From the NCBI GenBank assembly GCA_030264375.1, contig JASCQW010000072.1, positions 65,521,992 through 65,585,991 on the forward strand: a DNA stretch of 64,000 bases. Reading direction: 5' to 3'. A program made the translations under genes and the position numbers. Origin of the DNA: Carcharhinus longimanus (taxonomy: Eukaryota). Position 1 is the first letter of the stretch; every line of letters starts with the position of its first letter. A model generated the notes under the pieces. The model did not search any database. It worked only from the letters and a program-made list of their open reading frames with translations, and was not told the DNA's origin. Below, piece after piece: positions 23,725 through 36,872 of this stretch.

Positions 23725-23965
23725 CACAGTAAAAAGTCTGACAACACCAGGTTTTAGTCCAACCTATTTATTTGATAATATTCTCACAAGCTTTNNNNNN
23801 NNNNNNNNNNNNNNNNNNNNNNNNNNNNNNNNNNNNNNNNNNNNNNNNNNNNNNNNNNNNNNNNNNNNNNNNNNNNNNNNNNNNNNNNNNNNNNACTAAA
23901 ACCTGGTGTTGTCAGACTTTTTACTGTGTTTACGCCAGTCCAACGCCGGCATACCCACATCATGA
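23725..23965. mobile_element. Penelope pLTR pieces in inverted orientation on either side of a gap
   Basis: acacagtaaaaagtctgacaacaccaggttttagt versus actaaaacctggtgttgtcagactttttactgtgt. Confidence 0.8.
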
Positions 23966-24439
23966 CAGCTCAAACAAGAAGGCACAAGGGTCTCTCAATG
24001 AGGGCACTCCTATTTGAGTGACTGGAAATCTCAGCATTTGGTCCTCAGAGTCCAGCTCAACCAGCTCTTGATGTTTCTGCCACTGAACTTGGAGGATCCT
24101 GGCTCTTGATTCAAGCAGAAGGGATTGTGAAGCCTAAAACTTTTAGCAAGGGGATGGTAGCATGTCACGGAAGAAGTCCAGACTGGACTGTCAAGTCAGT
24201 GTCCTGGAAGAGAGGGAGGGGGAGTAAGGTTGCCACTCATTCTTGAAGTAGCTGCCCTGCTAAATGAAGTGTGACTACTTGCCAGGGGAAAGATGGCACG
24301 ATGTTGAAGCCTGAGCATTCACCAGGCATCTTTCTTCACCTCTGGGAGCACCTGTGACCTCTGACATTCTTGCTAGTCATGAACTTCCTATTAATTGTCT
24401 ATCATCATTGATAACTCAGCTATCTTACCAGTTTCAAGA

Positions 24440-24720
24440 TCCAAGTAAGGCTCAAGGGAAGAGGCAGCCATTGGCAGGGCTACAATACAGCCCTCAGCGG
24501 GTCTTGCGGATAATGGTCACATACCGTGTCTTTCAGTATTTGGCACTGCATTGGAGCAAAATAATGAAGAGGATAATCATGTGGTTTCAGAGGAGGAGGA
24601 GGATTGGGATTGAAATGAGGAAGAGCTCAAGGAAGACCTGGAAAATGGAGGACAGACAGCGGCAAGGATCTGACAGCGCTGGAGGACCAGGAAGGCCCTC
24701 AGAGCCTTGAGATTCACTAA
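24440..24720 (+). pseudogene. Harbinger transposase C-terminal remnant
   Basis: GLQYSPQRVLRIMVTYRVFQYLAL followed by a purine-rich acidic-tail region. Confidence 0.7.
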
Positions 24721-24904
24721 CTAGGAGGCTCTTTGTCCAGCAGCTCTAACCACTCCTTATCCACTTCCTTACCCTTATAACCTTGCCTTGCTTGATCACT
24801 TCTTCCCCTCTTTCCATTGCTCCTATTCCCCACTTCCCAGGGCCTTTGTCATTCTAACTCTTTTAAACTTTCTAACAATGCTAAAATTCAATATCCTACA
24901 GATT

Positions 24905-25168
24905 TGGCACCACTGGGAAAAAGATACAAATGTCTGAGGACAAGTACCAAACTACTCAAGAGCAGCTTCTTCCCTGCTGTCATCAGACTTTTGAATGGAC
25001 CTATTTTACATTAAGTTGATCTTTCTCTACACTCTAGCTATGACTGTAACATTACACTCTGCACTCTCTTCTTTTTTTCCCTATGAATGGTGTGCTTTGT
25101 ATAGCACGCAAGAAACAACATGTTTCACTGTGTGTTATTATATGTGACAATAATAAGTCAAATCAAAT
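24905..25168 (+). mobile_element. Rex1/Babar 3' end
   Basis: GKRYKCLRTSTKLLKSSFFPAVIRLLNGP plus tail. Confidence 0.85.
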
Positions 25169-25279
25169 CCCATTCTCCAAGTCTTGCCACCCTTTGTTCA
25201 ACCATTTATCCCTTCCCATGACCAATAGTCCCCTGGCCCTGGTGTCAACCTGACATCACAGCAGAGTAATGTACCTAGG

Positions 25280-26130
25280 TTGGCACTGTCAAAGAATGTC
25301 TTCCAAAACTGATGGCGACTTGCAGTGAGAAAAGCTGTGGTTCTCTTCAGGTCCTGAGAAAGGGATCCACCACTCACCATGGGATTGAAGTAAAGTGAGA
25401 GGCATGTCAGCAAATCATCCGATCACACTGATATACTGTCACTGACTTCTGTCCTCTCTCTTGCAGGAGATATTAGCCCACAGCAGCAGACGAGGAAGGT
25501 GATAGAGGACCAGCATAGATTCATCTCCTTTGCTGTCTTGAACAGATGGTTCTGAGGATCATGTGCACTAGTGTCGTGGAGTCAGTCACACCTGGTGCTA
25601 CTACTGAAGCTGTCCTGGATGATGGCGAACTGCTGTCTAATGCATCAGCACAATTGCTCCTCACCCTCGTCCTGAACAATGCCATGAAATGGAAATGTCG
25701 ATGAAGTAATCATGGACCTTCTGCTTTTCTTCCTATCAACTCGTCTAATCCCTACTCTCTCCTTATGCTTTTTTACTTTCAGAAAGTTCAGGACCCTAAA
25801 AATTCACATGAAATAAAGTGAGCAGAAAGAGAGTTCACAGGAAAGCATACCGCCAATTGCTCTAAAACACCCAGCCACCAGCTCAGATAGTGGAGCTGTG
25901 TGTAACTTAGAAGCTGATTTATAGGCAGAATCTGCATGCAGTGATTGCTAGGCATGATTGGGCTACAGTCAGGTCAGATGGATAGGTCAACTCATGTACT
26001 TAGTACATTGGCAGATCTTCCAGATAGTCTGAAGTCACTGGCTATGAGCAGGGCGGAGTCTACTTCAGTGCTGCTGAAGGCATTGCACAGAGCTTGAATC
26101 CCATCCTTTATATAATGCCAGATCAACCTA
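25280..26130 (+). pseudogene. Probable decayed Harbinger Myb-partner gene
   Basis: Acceptor ctctctcttgcag followed by 'EILAHSSRRG'-like exon; spliced-looking layout. Confidence 0.4.
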
Positions 26131-26394
26131 AGATGGAGTGTCTCTGGCTATTGTCTTCCCTTTCACCTCCTCCTCTTCCTCATTCTGGATCACAGTACAC
26201 AATGGCTCATTACTATTGTCTGACAGTGATTATCCCAGGGAGGTGATTCTCATTTACTAGACGGGTACTAGCTAATGAGTGAAAAGGAGGCTGATCTCTG
26301 ATTGGAAGCCTTTTCTGGATCTACAGCCTTTTCCTTCAAGTCCTGACCACCCCTTCTTGTGGTGAACTCTGTTAACTTCTACCTCACATGTGCA

Positions 26395-26692
26395 GAACGA
26401 GGCCATTTGGCCCATCGAGTTTGCACTGACAATAATCCTACCCAGACCCTACTCCTGCAACCCTACATATTTATCCTGCTAATCCCCTGACAGGGTCAAT
26501 TTTAGCATGGCCAATCCACCTAACCCGCACATCTTTGAACTGTGGGAGGAAACCAGAGCACCCGGAGGAAACTCACGCAAACATGGGGAGAATGTGCAAA
26601 CTCCACATAGACACTGACCCGAGGCTGGAATTGAACCCAGGTCCCTGACGCTGTGAGGCAGCAGTGCTAACCACTGTGCCACCATGCTGCCC
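26395..26692 (-). mobile_element. V-SINE (HE1-type)
   Basis: Reverse complement of the consensus seen at 19637. Confidence 0.95.
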
Positions 26693-26929
26693 AAATATGA
26701 CACAATGGTGATTCAGTCAGGAGTGCAGCCCCAAAAGTTGGGAATCCCCAGTACAGCTGCAAAGCTACCTCAATATGTTGGATTCTCCTCATCTCTGAGA
26801 TCATTTGAAAGCAATCAAAGAACTATGTTGACACACACCCTTTTTCTGCTGTAATCACATTACTTAGCATATGTTTCACTATAAAGCTGACCTATAGACA
26901 CACTACCAAGTCCAACAGCAATTGGAATG

Positions 26930-27255
26930 AGTGGCACGGTGGCACAGTGATTACCACTACTGCTTCACAGTGCCAGAGACCTGGGATCAATTCTGGCCTT
27001 GGATCACTCCCTGTGTGGAGTTTGCACATTCTCCCATGTCTTTGTGGGTTTCCTCTGGGTGCTCTGGCTTCCTCCCACAGTCAAAAATGAGACGGTTAGG
27101 CGGAATGGCCATGCTAAATTAACCCTAGTGTCAGGGGGATTAGGAGAATAAATATGAGAGGTTATGGTAATAGGGCCTGTGTGGGATTGTGATTGGTGCA
27201 GACTTGATGGGCCAAATGGTCTCCTTCTGCACTGTAGCAACTCTATGATTCTATG
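26930..27255 (+). mobile_element. V-SINE (HE1-type)
   Basis: tRNA-like head, V domain, ctatgattctatga tail. Confidence 0.95.
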
Positions 27256-27689
27256 AACTGAGAAAGCAGCCTCACAGGAAGTCACAGTACTCAACATGTA
27301 TGTGAATGGTTCTTAGGTGATGGTTGGTTGCTATATGTGCCTGGAAGATGCAACAGCATCCGCATTCAACAGCACTTGGTAATAATACAGCTATTCTATT
27401 TAAGGATGCATAGCTGGCTATTTTAAGGAAGTCTAAACAAAGTCTGCTTCTTCAAGAAATATGGGCAAGCCATGTCCTCCACATGGATAACTAGAGAATC
27501 TCAAACAGATCTTTTATGGGGAAATGCTTCGGGGCAAACAATATCAAGGTGGTCAGTACAAACCACAAAACGATACCTGAAAAAATAAATTTTACAAACT
27601 TCTGCATTGCAGACCGCTCTTCTTCGACATGGACCAGTCCATGTGGATGCAAACACTGACGTTTGATTCAGTATGTTTCAAGGACCATC

Positions 27690-27849
27690 AAATGCGAGAA
27701 TCCGTCATCAAAGAAGAAATAACAAGACACCTAGAAAAGAACAGCTTGGTCAAGCAGACGCAGCACGGATTCGTGAAGGGGAAGTCGTGTTTAACGAATT
27801 TATTGGATTTCTATGAGGATGTGACTAGTGCGGTAGACAGAGGGGAACC
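27690..27849 (+). mobile_element. CR1 RT fragment, CpG-rich
   Basis: QHGFVKGKSCLTNLLDFYEDVT. Confidence 0.9.
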
Positions 27850-28019
27850 NNNNNNNNNNNNNNNNNNNNNNNNNNNNNNNNNNNNNNNNNNNNNNNNNNN
27901 NNNNNNNNNNNNNNNNNNNNNNNNNNNNNNNNNNNNNNNNNNNNNNNNNTAACCACTGTGCCACTATGTCACCCATTATGAATGAATGCTGTTTTGGGAA
28001 ATCCAATGCCTCACTGAGC

Positions 28020-29345
28020 AGACGCTATGGAGATTTGGTCAATGTGCTGCGGTGAAAAGTGTAACAGTTAGAGTAATTATAATGGGGGACTTCCAATTAT
28101 CCAAATATAGACTGAGATCACAGAATCCTACAATGCAGAAGGAGGCCATTCAGCCCATCAAGTCTGCACCGTCCCACCCATGTCCCATATTCCCATAACC
28201 CCGTGTATTTACCCTAGCTAGTCCCACTCACACTAAAGGGTAATTTAGCATGGCCAATTGCCCTAACCCGCACATCTTTGGAGTGTGGGAGAAAACAGGA
28301 GCACCCAGAAGAAACCCATGCAGACATGGAGAGAATGTGCAAACTCCACACAGACAGTGACCCAAGCCAGGAATTGAACCTAGGTCCCTGGTGCTGTGAG
28401 GCAGCAGTTCTAACCACTCACTGTGCCCGAATAGGAATAGTGCAAAGAGACAGGAAGAGTGAGAACGTGTGGAGTGTGCTGAAGATAATTTTCTGCAGCA
28501 GAATGTTTCTGGTCCAGTGAGAGGGCAGGTCCTGTGGGTCATGTTTCTGGGGAATGAGTTGGTCCGAATGGTTCAAATATCAGTGGAAGAGGGTCAGTGA
28601 CCATTGCATCGTAAGGTTTAGATTGGCCATGGAGAAGGGATAATTAATGGAGGGTAAGACAACTTGGTTGGGATGGGAACACGTCTGGGTCAAGTGAGTC
28701 AGAATCAAATGTTAGCAAAAAGGACGGAGGCTGAACAGTAGGCCACGCTCAAAGAGAGACTCATACAGAAAATGTCAAGCTATATTCTCTTGAAGGGGAA
28801 AGGTCAGACAAATAAACCCAGAGCGTCCTGGAGGATGAGAGGGATAGAGGTGAAGATTAAAAGGAAGAAATGCGCATACAACAGATGTTGGCTGGAAAAT
28901 ATATGGGAATCAGGCTGAATATAGAAGGAGCAGAGGAGAAGTAAAACAACAAATGAGAAAATGAGAGACTTACAAGATAATGAAGGGGATGGATAGGGTA
29001 GAGGTAGAGAGATTTTTCCGCTTAGAAAGGGAACCAGAACTAGAGGGCACAGCCTCAAAGTAAGGGGGGGCAGTTTAGAACAGAGTTGAGGAGGAACTTC
29101 TTCACTCAAAGGCTGGTGAATCTCTGGAATTCTCTGCCCATTGAAGTGGTGGAGGCTACCTCGCTGAATATATTTAAGTCACAGGTTGATAGATTTCTGA
29201 TAGACAAGGGAATTAAGGATTATGAGGAGAAAGCGGGAAAGTGGAACTGATCCACTTCAAATCAGCCATGATCTTATTGAATGGCACGGCAGGCTCGAAG
29301 GGCTGGATGGCCTACTCTTGCTCCTATTTCTTATGTTCTTATGTC
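28020..29345 (+). mobile_element. CR1 fragments (APE region, then a 3' end) interrupted by a SINE
   Basis: VIIMGDFQ; 3' tail ggctcgaagggctggatggcctactcttgctcctatttcttatgttctt. Confidence 0.8.
28118..28425 (-). mobile_element. V-SINE (HE1-type)
   Basis: Reverse complement of the SINE consensus. Confidence 0.95.
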
Positions 29346-29974
29346 CTTATGTAATATCAACCCCTCAGCACTTGACATGCTGTGAGGAATGCAAGAGGTG
29401 GCACATTTGCAAAGCTTTTTCCAAGCTCAACAATGACAATATGAACTGCCAGTTCTTGGACGTCCATGCAAATTGTCATCAGAGGACCCATAGAAGAAAA
29501 TGATTTCATTTATAGTTTGGACAACTTCAGGATGCTCTTAGTTCATTTTTTCATCTACCAAATTCATTTCTCACTCTGCTTCTCTTGTCATCACAGCAGT
29601 GGTGAGTGATACAGTGGTGAAATTCCTCTTATGAACTGAAACTACTTCCTTATGTTATACTCTTTCTGCCAACTTGTTGCCCTCAATTAACCTATCTATA
29701 TCTCTTTGCAGTCTCCTCACAGTTTAGGTTTCCATCTGGCTTTGTGTCATTCCTTAAGTTCACACCAGTTTGTATCCAGAAACCTGGATACATCAATCTT
29801 GCTCTCTTTGCCGAAGTCATTAACATAGATTGGAAATAACTGAGGATCTAACACTGATTCTTCTTGTATTCAAAGAACAAAGAACAAAGAACAAAATCAG
29901 CCTGGGAAACAGGCCCTTCGGCCCAATGAGCCCACGCTGCCATCTCAACACCACCTCTCTACCCATGACCCCTC

Positions 29975-30066
29975 TCTCCTAACAGATGCTGCCAGACCCA
30001 CTGAGATTTTCCAGCATTTTCTCTGTTGGCTTCAGATTCCAGCATCCGCAGTAATTTGTTTTTATT
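29975..30066 (+). mobile_element. Penelope-like pLTR fragment without the hammerhead part
   Basis: cagatgctgccagacccactgagattttccagcattttc, homologous to 14968-15040. Confidence 0.65.
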
Positions 30067-30069
30067 ATA

Positions 30070-30809
30070 AATTTCAGGAAATTGGAAACAGATAAGGCTT
30101 TTGAGGAATATAAAGATAGCAGGAAAAAGATTAAATAGGCACTATGGCGGGCAAAAAGGGGCCATGAAATGTTGTTGGCAGGCAGGATTAAGGAGAATCC
30201 CAAGACTTTTTAAGGAGGAGTATAAGGTATATAAGGAGGAAGAGGGTAGCTAAAGAAAGGGTAGGTCCACTCAAGGACAGTGAAGGGAATTTTTGTGTGG
30301 AGCCCAAAAAAGTGAGTGAAGTCTGTAACAAGTACTTTGCACCAATATTCACCAAGGATGTGATAGATGGTGAGTGTAGAAAGGAGGGCTTTGACATTCT
30401 AGGACATGTTGAAATAAAAAGGGAAGAGGTGTTGGAGGTTTTGAAAAAACATTAAGATGGGCAATTCCCTAAGGCCAGATAGGGTCTATCCCAGAATACT
30501 GAGAGAGGTGAAGGAAGAAATTGCTGAGGCCTTGGCCAAAATCTTTGTATCCTCTTTAGCCACGGGCGAGGTACCAGAGGATTGGAAAGTGGCTAACATT
30601 GTTCCTCTGTTTAAGAAGGATAGAAGAGACATTACAGGCCTGTGGGCCTTACTTCAGAGGTGGGGAAATTATTGGGAGAACATTCTTAGGAACAGGTGGT
30701 ATTCAAATCTAGAAGAGAATAGGCTTATTAGCAATAGGCAACATGGTGTTGTGAAGGGGAGTTCGTGTCTCACAAACTTGATTGAATCCTTTGAGGAAGT
30801 GACAAGAAA
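30070..30809 (+). mobile_element. CR1 ORF2 internal fragment
   Basis: PDRVYPRILREVKEEIAEALAKIFVSSLATGEVPEDWKVANIVPLFKK..QHGVVKGSSCLTNLIESFE. Confidence 0.95.
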
Positions 30810-31009
30810 NNNNNNNNNNNNNNNNNNNNNNNNNNNNNNNNNNNNNNNNNNNNNNNNNNNNNNNNNNNNNNNNNNNNNNNNNNNNNNNNNNNNNNNNNNN
30901 NNNNNNNNNATTCCTGCCAATCAGCCTAACAGCACATCTTTGGGGTGTGGGAGGAAACCGGAGCACCCGGAGAAAACCCACGCAAGTACATATCACAGCT
31001 GGCCAACTT

Positions 31010-31690
31010 GAAAATGTCCCGTATATCCTTACTTTATAACTTCCAGTCTGTTAACCAACCTTATATGCATGCTAATACATCACCCCACTCCAGGAACCTT
31101 TATCTTGTGCATTAACTTTTTGTGGCACGCTAACAAATGCTTTTTGGAAATCCAAATACACTACATGTTCTGATTCTCCTATATTTACTAGTTGCATTGT
31201 CAATAAACTCCATTAAATTTGCCAAGCACAATTTGTCTTTTGTAAAATCATGCTGACTTTGTCCGTTGACACTATGGATTTTTCAGCATCACTCCCCCAC
31301 CCCCCATCCCCCGCTCCTCCCAGTGGCGTATTTTCCAGCTGCAGATGCAGCCCACCACTGACCACCATCAGAATCTTCCAATCCCGCCAATATCTACAGC
31401 AATTGTGCGGCTAGCACTCTCTGCCTCTGCAGAACCCATCAGTGAAACCAGAAAATTCTGCCAACAGGAAGGTCTGGAAAATTCAGCCCTATGATTTTTG
31501 AAGTGTATTGTTAAGGCTCCCTAATAATAGATTCTAGAACATTCCTGATGACTGATGTCAAACTAACAGGCCTGTAGTTCCCTATAGAAAACCTATGAGG
31601 TGGATAGGTTTTCTTTCTGCCTCCTTCCTTGAATAAAGGTATTACATTTGTTAATTTCTAGTCTGCTAGAATAGTTCTAGCATTCGAGAG
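31010..31690 (-). mobile_element. Old CR1 RT fragment, split by a short TIR element at ~31320-31490
   Basis: Reverse strand VVYLDFQKAF and NYRPVSLTSV; ggaaaattcagccc end of the insert. Confidence 0.7.
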
Positions 31691-32379
31691 TTGAAGTATT
31701 TAACTGTTCACGAGAAATGCATTTTAATTACTTAAAATGCTTAAAATGTTTAAAAGTATTATAAAACAGTCACTTGCTTTTGTGCCTAAGACAGGCCTTG
31801 CGAGGCATGTCTTCAGCTTATCAAGTTATTAGCAGTATGTGCCTTTATCCTCACTGCTTGGCCTAACAGATCCTTTCATCAACGTACTATTCTGGAGGAA
31901 GAAGTTGAAGAGTTTACTGCAATCAAACAACTATCATATAAAATCTTGTAAAAGTCAAACTCATGTAAAAGTCAACCTCATGAGTTCTGGCCTGAAAAGG
32001 ACTAATATTTGCCATTCACCTCATGTAAAAGTTGATCCTAGCTTTTCAGGGACCAAAGCCCAAAATTTCAGGACCAAAGGGTATATGTATTTGAAAGCGA
32101 GAAAATATTGCTCGAAATGCTTAAGCTACAACTGCAAAGCCAGAGGTAAAACCAACCAAATACTTCTCAATGTGAGTAATAACTGCAAAAATTAAATCCT
32201 AAATATTGTCAAATCTACAAAGAGACAATTATAGTGATGGGCTAGTAGCTAGGATTATAAATGCCAATTTTTTTTTCTTTTGCAAAGGAAAGGTAACATT
32301 GTCTAGAACTTGGCAAAGTGCAAGAGTGAAAGGTGGACTCACTGACTAGTCATTCAAAAACTAGCAAAGAAAGGATATT

Positions 32380-33150
32380 TTTATCAAATGCAGGAGCAAT
32401 ATAATTGCGAGCTAGGTCCCAGCCCAACCCAGAGACTGAAAGCAGTGACAGCTCAGGTTGTTAGCATTTGGAGTTTTGCCAGAGATGAGGAACCTGCTGA
32501 ATCTGAATCAGATGAGGAGCCTCTGGATTCAGTCATTCTTTTGTTGCTGCAGCTGCAAACACAAGCTTGGGAAACATTGGGAAGGAATGCCTGCTGCATT
32601 CCTCAAATCACAAGAAACCTTACAGGAGTCTGCCTACCTTCACTTTGAGATGATAGCACTTTCAAGCTAACATATCAAGATGAATAGCACAATGGACACC
32701 TTGGTCCAGGGCATCTATCCTACAGAGCTGCAAGTGCTGCACTCCATGGCAGAAGCACTTTCTGGCATCCATCAATGTCAATGCTAGGGATGGGATTTCT
32801 TAAACTCACACCAGATGTATTTTTCCCATTGAAGCAGGCAGACAAGGGCCCTCAGGTAGCCATAGGGAGGAGGATAAGCACTGGGATGAGCCACCCAGGT
32901 GACCCTGGAGATGAACCAATCCAAATCCTCTCTTCCTGTGACTGCTTCATCTTCAAATCCACAGGCTGAGGAGGGTGGCATTGCCACAAAAAAGGATCCC
33001 AAAAGCAGGTTGATCCCCACAAGTCTCAGCTCTCCAAAGAATGCCCTCCAAGATCATTGCAGAGAGAGGGTGTAGCAAACTGCAGATTGCCTCCACATCT
33101 ACTGTGGATGTTGAGGATGCACAAAGACTAACAGCAGATTTATATGGGTT
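32380..33150 (+). pseudogene. Decayed Harbinger Myb-partner gene, C-terminal exon region
   Basis: EEPAESESDEEPLDSVILLLLQLQ parallels ~45580-45650; convergent with the transposase at 33890. Confidence 0.55.
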
Positions 33151-33889
33151 AAGAAGGTACAGTTGCACGGTATGGGTGGGGAGTGTGGGAGGGGGAATCA
33201 ATCATTTGTACATAATGTTAGCTAATGTATATAAACTTCCACCACTTTCATCCTTTTCTGTGGCACTTTATTACGATGAGTCTTGTTTCTGTCAGTTGAA
33301 AACTTGGTTCCTGCACAAGATAAAGGCAGTGTTCAGTCCAGGGTTTCCTCCTTGTGCTTTATTCACCTATGCTTTCCCACCACATTGATGGCATTTCTTC
33401 ACAGTGACTGAACACATCAGTCATGCCTATCTCTCAACAGTATTACAATGTCTGCCAGAATGCGCTTTGCTCCTTGGAGGTGCAGCTGCCCCTCCCCCAC
33501 CGCTCCTTCACGTCAGCTTTTCTCCCTAGTGACACTGTGGTCCTCAAAGGTTCAGCTCACAAAGGAGAATTTAAACTTTTCCTGTGGCATCGCCATGATA
33601 TGACACCAGTCATTGAGAGCAAGCAAGCTATCATCATCCAGCCAGCTGTCAGACACACTCGCAGAAACTCTATGAGGATCTATGGACTGTCTCCACTGCA
33701 AGTCATCGTCATCCTCCTGGAATGTACGGACAATGGACATTTGCTGTGTCTCCATAACAGAAGCCTTGTCACAGAGAGTATGTGTGCTGCCATCAGTCAA
33801 ACCGGAGTGCAATGCTCACAGATGCCATGTGAAGATAATGGGGTGTCCTCACTGCATGTCATCATCGCTGTCCACGAATCTGATGCCTA

Positions 33890-34760
33890 TGAGCACATCC
33901 TGAGTGTGCCTTCCTCGTCTGGACATTGTGATGGCCTTATGCCTACATCCTCGCCCTTGCAGATCTCCTCAGCCTCAAGCCCAGTGACATCATCTTCATG
34001 TGAGGAAATATTCCATTCCTCCACCTCATCCTCTGGCAGCTCCTCCCCCATTTGCCAGGTTGTGCAGGGCACAGCAGATTACCATGATGCACAACACCCT
34101 CTGTGGATTGTATTGTAGAGCTCCACCAAACTGATCCAGGCACCAGAGCCTCATCTGCAGCATCCCTATGCCCTGCTGCACCAAAGTGTGAGTTGTACCG
34201 TGAGTCTTATTGTGTTGTGTCTCAGCTGCACTCTGCAGCCTCCACACAGTTGTCATTAGCCACCTCCTCAATAGATAGCCTTTGTCTCTGAGTACTGGCA
34301 ATTGTATGTAGACCTACAGGATGAAATGGTATGGTTGCTGACCAGCTGAGCATTCAGCATGTGGAAGTACTTGTGGTTGATATAGTTCACTGCTTGTTTC
34401 CACACATATCTGAGCGACACACGAGTGTAGTTGATGGCGTCCTGCATCTGTGGAAAATCAGAGATTTGTGCAAAGCCGAGTCCTTTTGCATCCTCATTTG
34501 TCTGATCCTGGTCAAAATGCTCAAAATTGTGCACCCTCACAAAGTTGGTGCTGAATCCATTTGTGTGCAGACACTAGTGAAATCCAACAGGGATTACTTG
34601 TAGAGCCTTGGAAAAACATCTAGCATAAAACATGGATGCTGTGGTCACTTTCATGGAGACTGGCAGTGATGCCCTCCAAATTCTTGTAACACTAAATCCT
34701 TGAGCAGGTAGCATATGTGATTAACAACAATATCACCAGGCTTCATCTTCCTGACAGTCT
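33890..34760 (-). pseudogene. Harbinger transposase, frameshifted
   Basis: GFAQISDFPQMQDAINYTRV..YINHKYFHMLNAQLV; DKGYLLRRWLMT..HNKTHGTTHTLVQQGIGMLQMRLWCLDQFGGALQYNPQRVLCIMVICCALHNLA. Confidence 0.92.
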
Positions 34761-36524
34761 CCTCACTATAGTAAAAAAGTGAGACATGCAACAGTCACCA
34801 TTTATCTGCTAAGGACCGCTCTTAGTCAAATCATCACCTGCAGCTGCTTCTCAAGGCCCCTTTATGCATGTCAAAGACTCCTGGCCACCATATGGATGCC
34901 CACTGTTTACTGCGCATGATGGTTGACCAAAGCCCACCCCCTCCCCCTCTGCCCCCATCTCCACCTCACACCACATGATCGAATGGCGGTAGCTTTGGCC
35001 ACGCGACTACATCCTGAGTTCTGAGTTCTCATTTCAGGCACATGCATTCTCCTAAACTGCTCTCCAAGGCCCTGTGCTTTACTTGGACCTGGAGGGTGAA
35101 CAATCAATGTTTACTTAAACATAAAACAAGGAATGAGAAGCGCATCCCTCAGTCAGTGTTCTCCATGGTTACCTTTCTAAGGAAATCCTCAAATTTGTCC
35201 AGTTGTGGGCACCACAGCAATCATTGGATTTGGAATTCTGAGTGCAAGGTGTAAATGTAGAGTAGCAATCATTCGAACGCTCAGATATTGCTTGAGTGGG
35301 CACAATTGAATGATCAACCTAACTCCAAGCATGTCAACCGAACTCAAGCTACACAATTCTCCTTTTTGGCAGTTTTTTCCTTTGTCTGGTCATTATGTTC
35401 ACCACCCCCGTAGGCAGTCTCTTCACCACTGTTCCCTGTGTTCCAGGGCTCCCTTACCTCTATATTCCTTTGCAGACTTCCCAGTGCTGTGGCACCACAA
35501 GGAGTCCAGCAAGAAGCTGCTGTGAAGACCTACCTGCGAGCCCCATCCCCAATGTATGCCTTTTGAAACGAGTCGTACTTTGCGCCATTCTGAAATCGCA
35601 CCAACGTGGGATTTAAATTTGAAATGGAGGAGTGATTCCAGCGTGTAGCCTTTATGATTAGATGTATTTTTTTTATGATGACTTTTCTGATGTCGATGTT
35701 GGGAAACATGACCCACCATTGATGGGGGAGAGGGAACAATCATATCCTGCATACCCCTGGGGAAACACATCTACAGCATTCTGGTGACATTTTCCAGCCA
35801 TGCCACCAAACATGTCCACCCCAATTTGGCATGGAAAATCCTGGCCTAGGTCTGACTGAAGGGATATGAGGAATACAAAAACAAAAGGAGCTGAAGCCCA
35901 AGGTGATCATACTGAATGGTGGAGCAGGCTCCATGGGCAAAATGGTCTACTCCCGCTCCTATTTTTTGTGTTTTAGCGTTTGTTCTTCTTAACACGTCAG
36001 GGGCCACTGACTGCAAAATCAAGGCCATAATAACCCTTTGGTTAAAAAATCTCATTGTTTAAACCACGGGATGTACCATTTCTCAAAGCAGTATCAGAGT
36101 TCTTTCAGCTGCTCTGTTTTCTTTATATAACTATTTGTACCATAACACTAGCTTTATTAGTTTTGACTAGTTTGTGCTTTGTATTGTAAAGCAGGTTATG
36201 GAGAGAGTTTTACTGCTTATTTATTTAAATATACTCCTTTACTCATCAATATTTGATTATGTCAAACATTTAACACTTTAGAACCTTTGAACACATATAT
36301 CTTCCATCTAACTGACTAGCACAGGCTTGGGAATCTCCCTCATCCAGAGTAGCTAATTTCAGTAATGTGTCTTACCAGCATCAGCCCAATTAATAATTTA
36401 CGCAGGACCTTCATTAAAAAACAGTTAACATCATGTTGCAGCATTCTATTATGTGGGCCAGGCTGAACTCTCTAGAAATCCATTTTGTAAGAGTTGAGAA
36501 GCTTGTTTTGAGTTCAAGGATAGT

Positions 36525-36872
36525 ATAAATGTTCAAAGTTTGATCTCTGGCCTATGCTTAGCTAATCTCAGCTGGAATCGCATTAAAGTTCTAAAATAGG
36601 CCTCAGAAAACTTCAGCTAGCGAACAGATAAGCAGCAAGGCTTTGACTTTCCATTGGCCAGTGAACCCCTGCTCCATGGAAACAGTTATTGTGGTTATCT
36701 GGAGAGCATGATCAGGCTCACCCAATTCACCCAAACAGTTGAAGAGTGTCCCAAAATCCACGATCGGTATTCACACATGGGTAACAATTCCTTTACTCAG
36801 GTATTGAAGAATAACTGGCACTTGTGGAGCTGCATCCCTGCAAGAAACCAACACTTTCAGGAGAGAAAAGGT
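36525..36872 (+). mobile_element. Highly decayed ancient SINE-like repeat, family unassigned
   Basis: B-box-like gtttgatctctgg, internal ccagtgaacccctgct, purine-rich end ttcaggagagaaaagg; recognised from memory only. Confidence 0.35.

Noticed and set aside
31930-32045. Thrice-repeated tgtaaaagt(c/t) motif
   Set aside because: Possibly the decayed end of a Tc1/pogo-type element, but no partner TIR or ORF is visible; spacing is not CRISPR-like
33423-34118. Longest ORF in the track (231 aa, +)
   Set aside because: It is antisense to Harbinger transposase tail sequence, so it is a shadow frame with no independent coding signal
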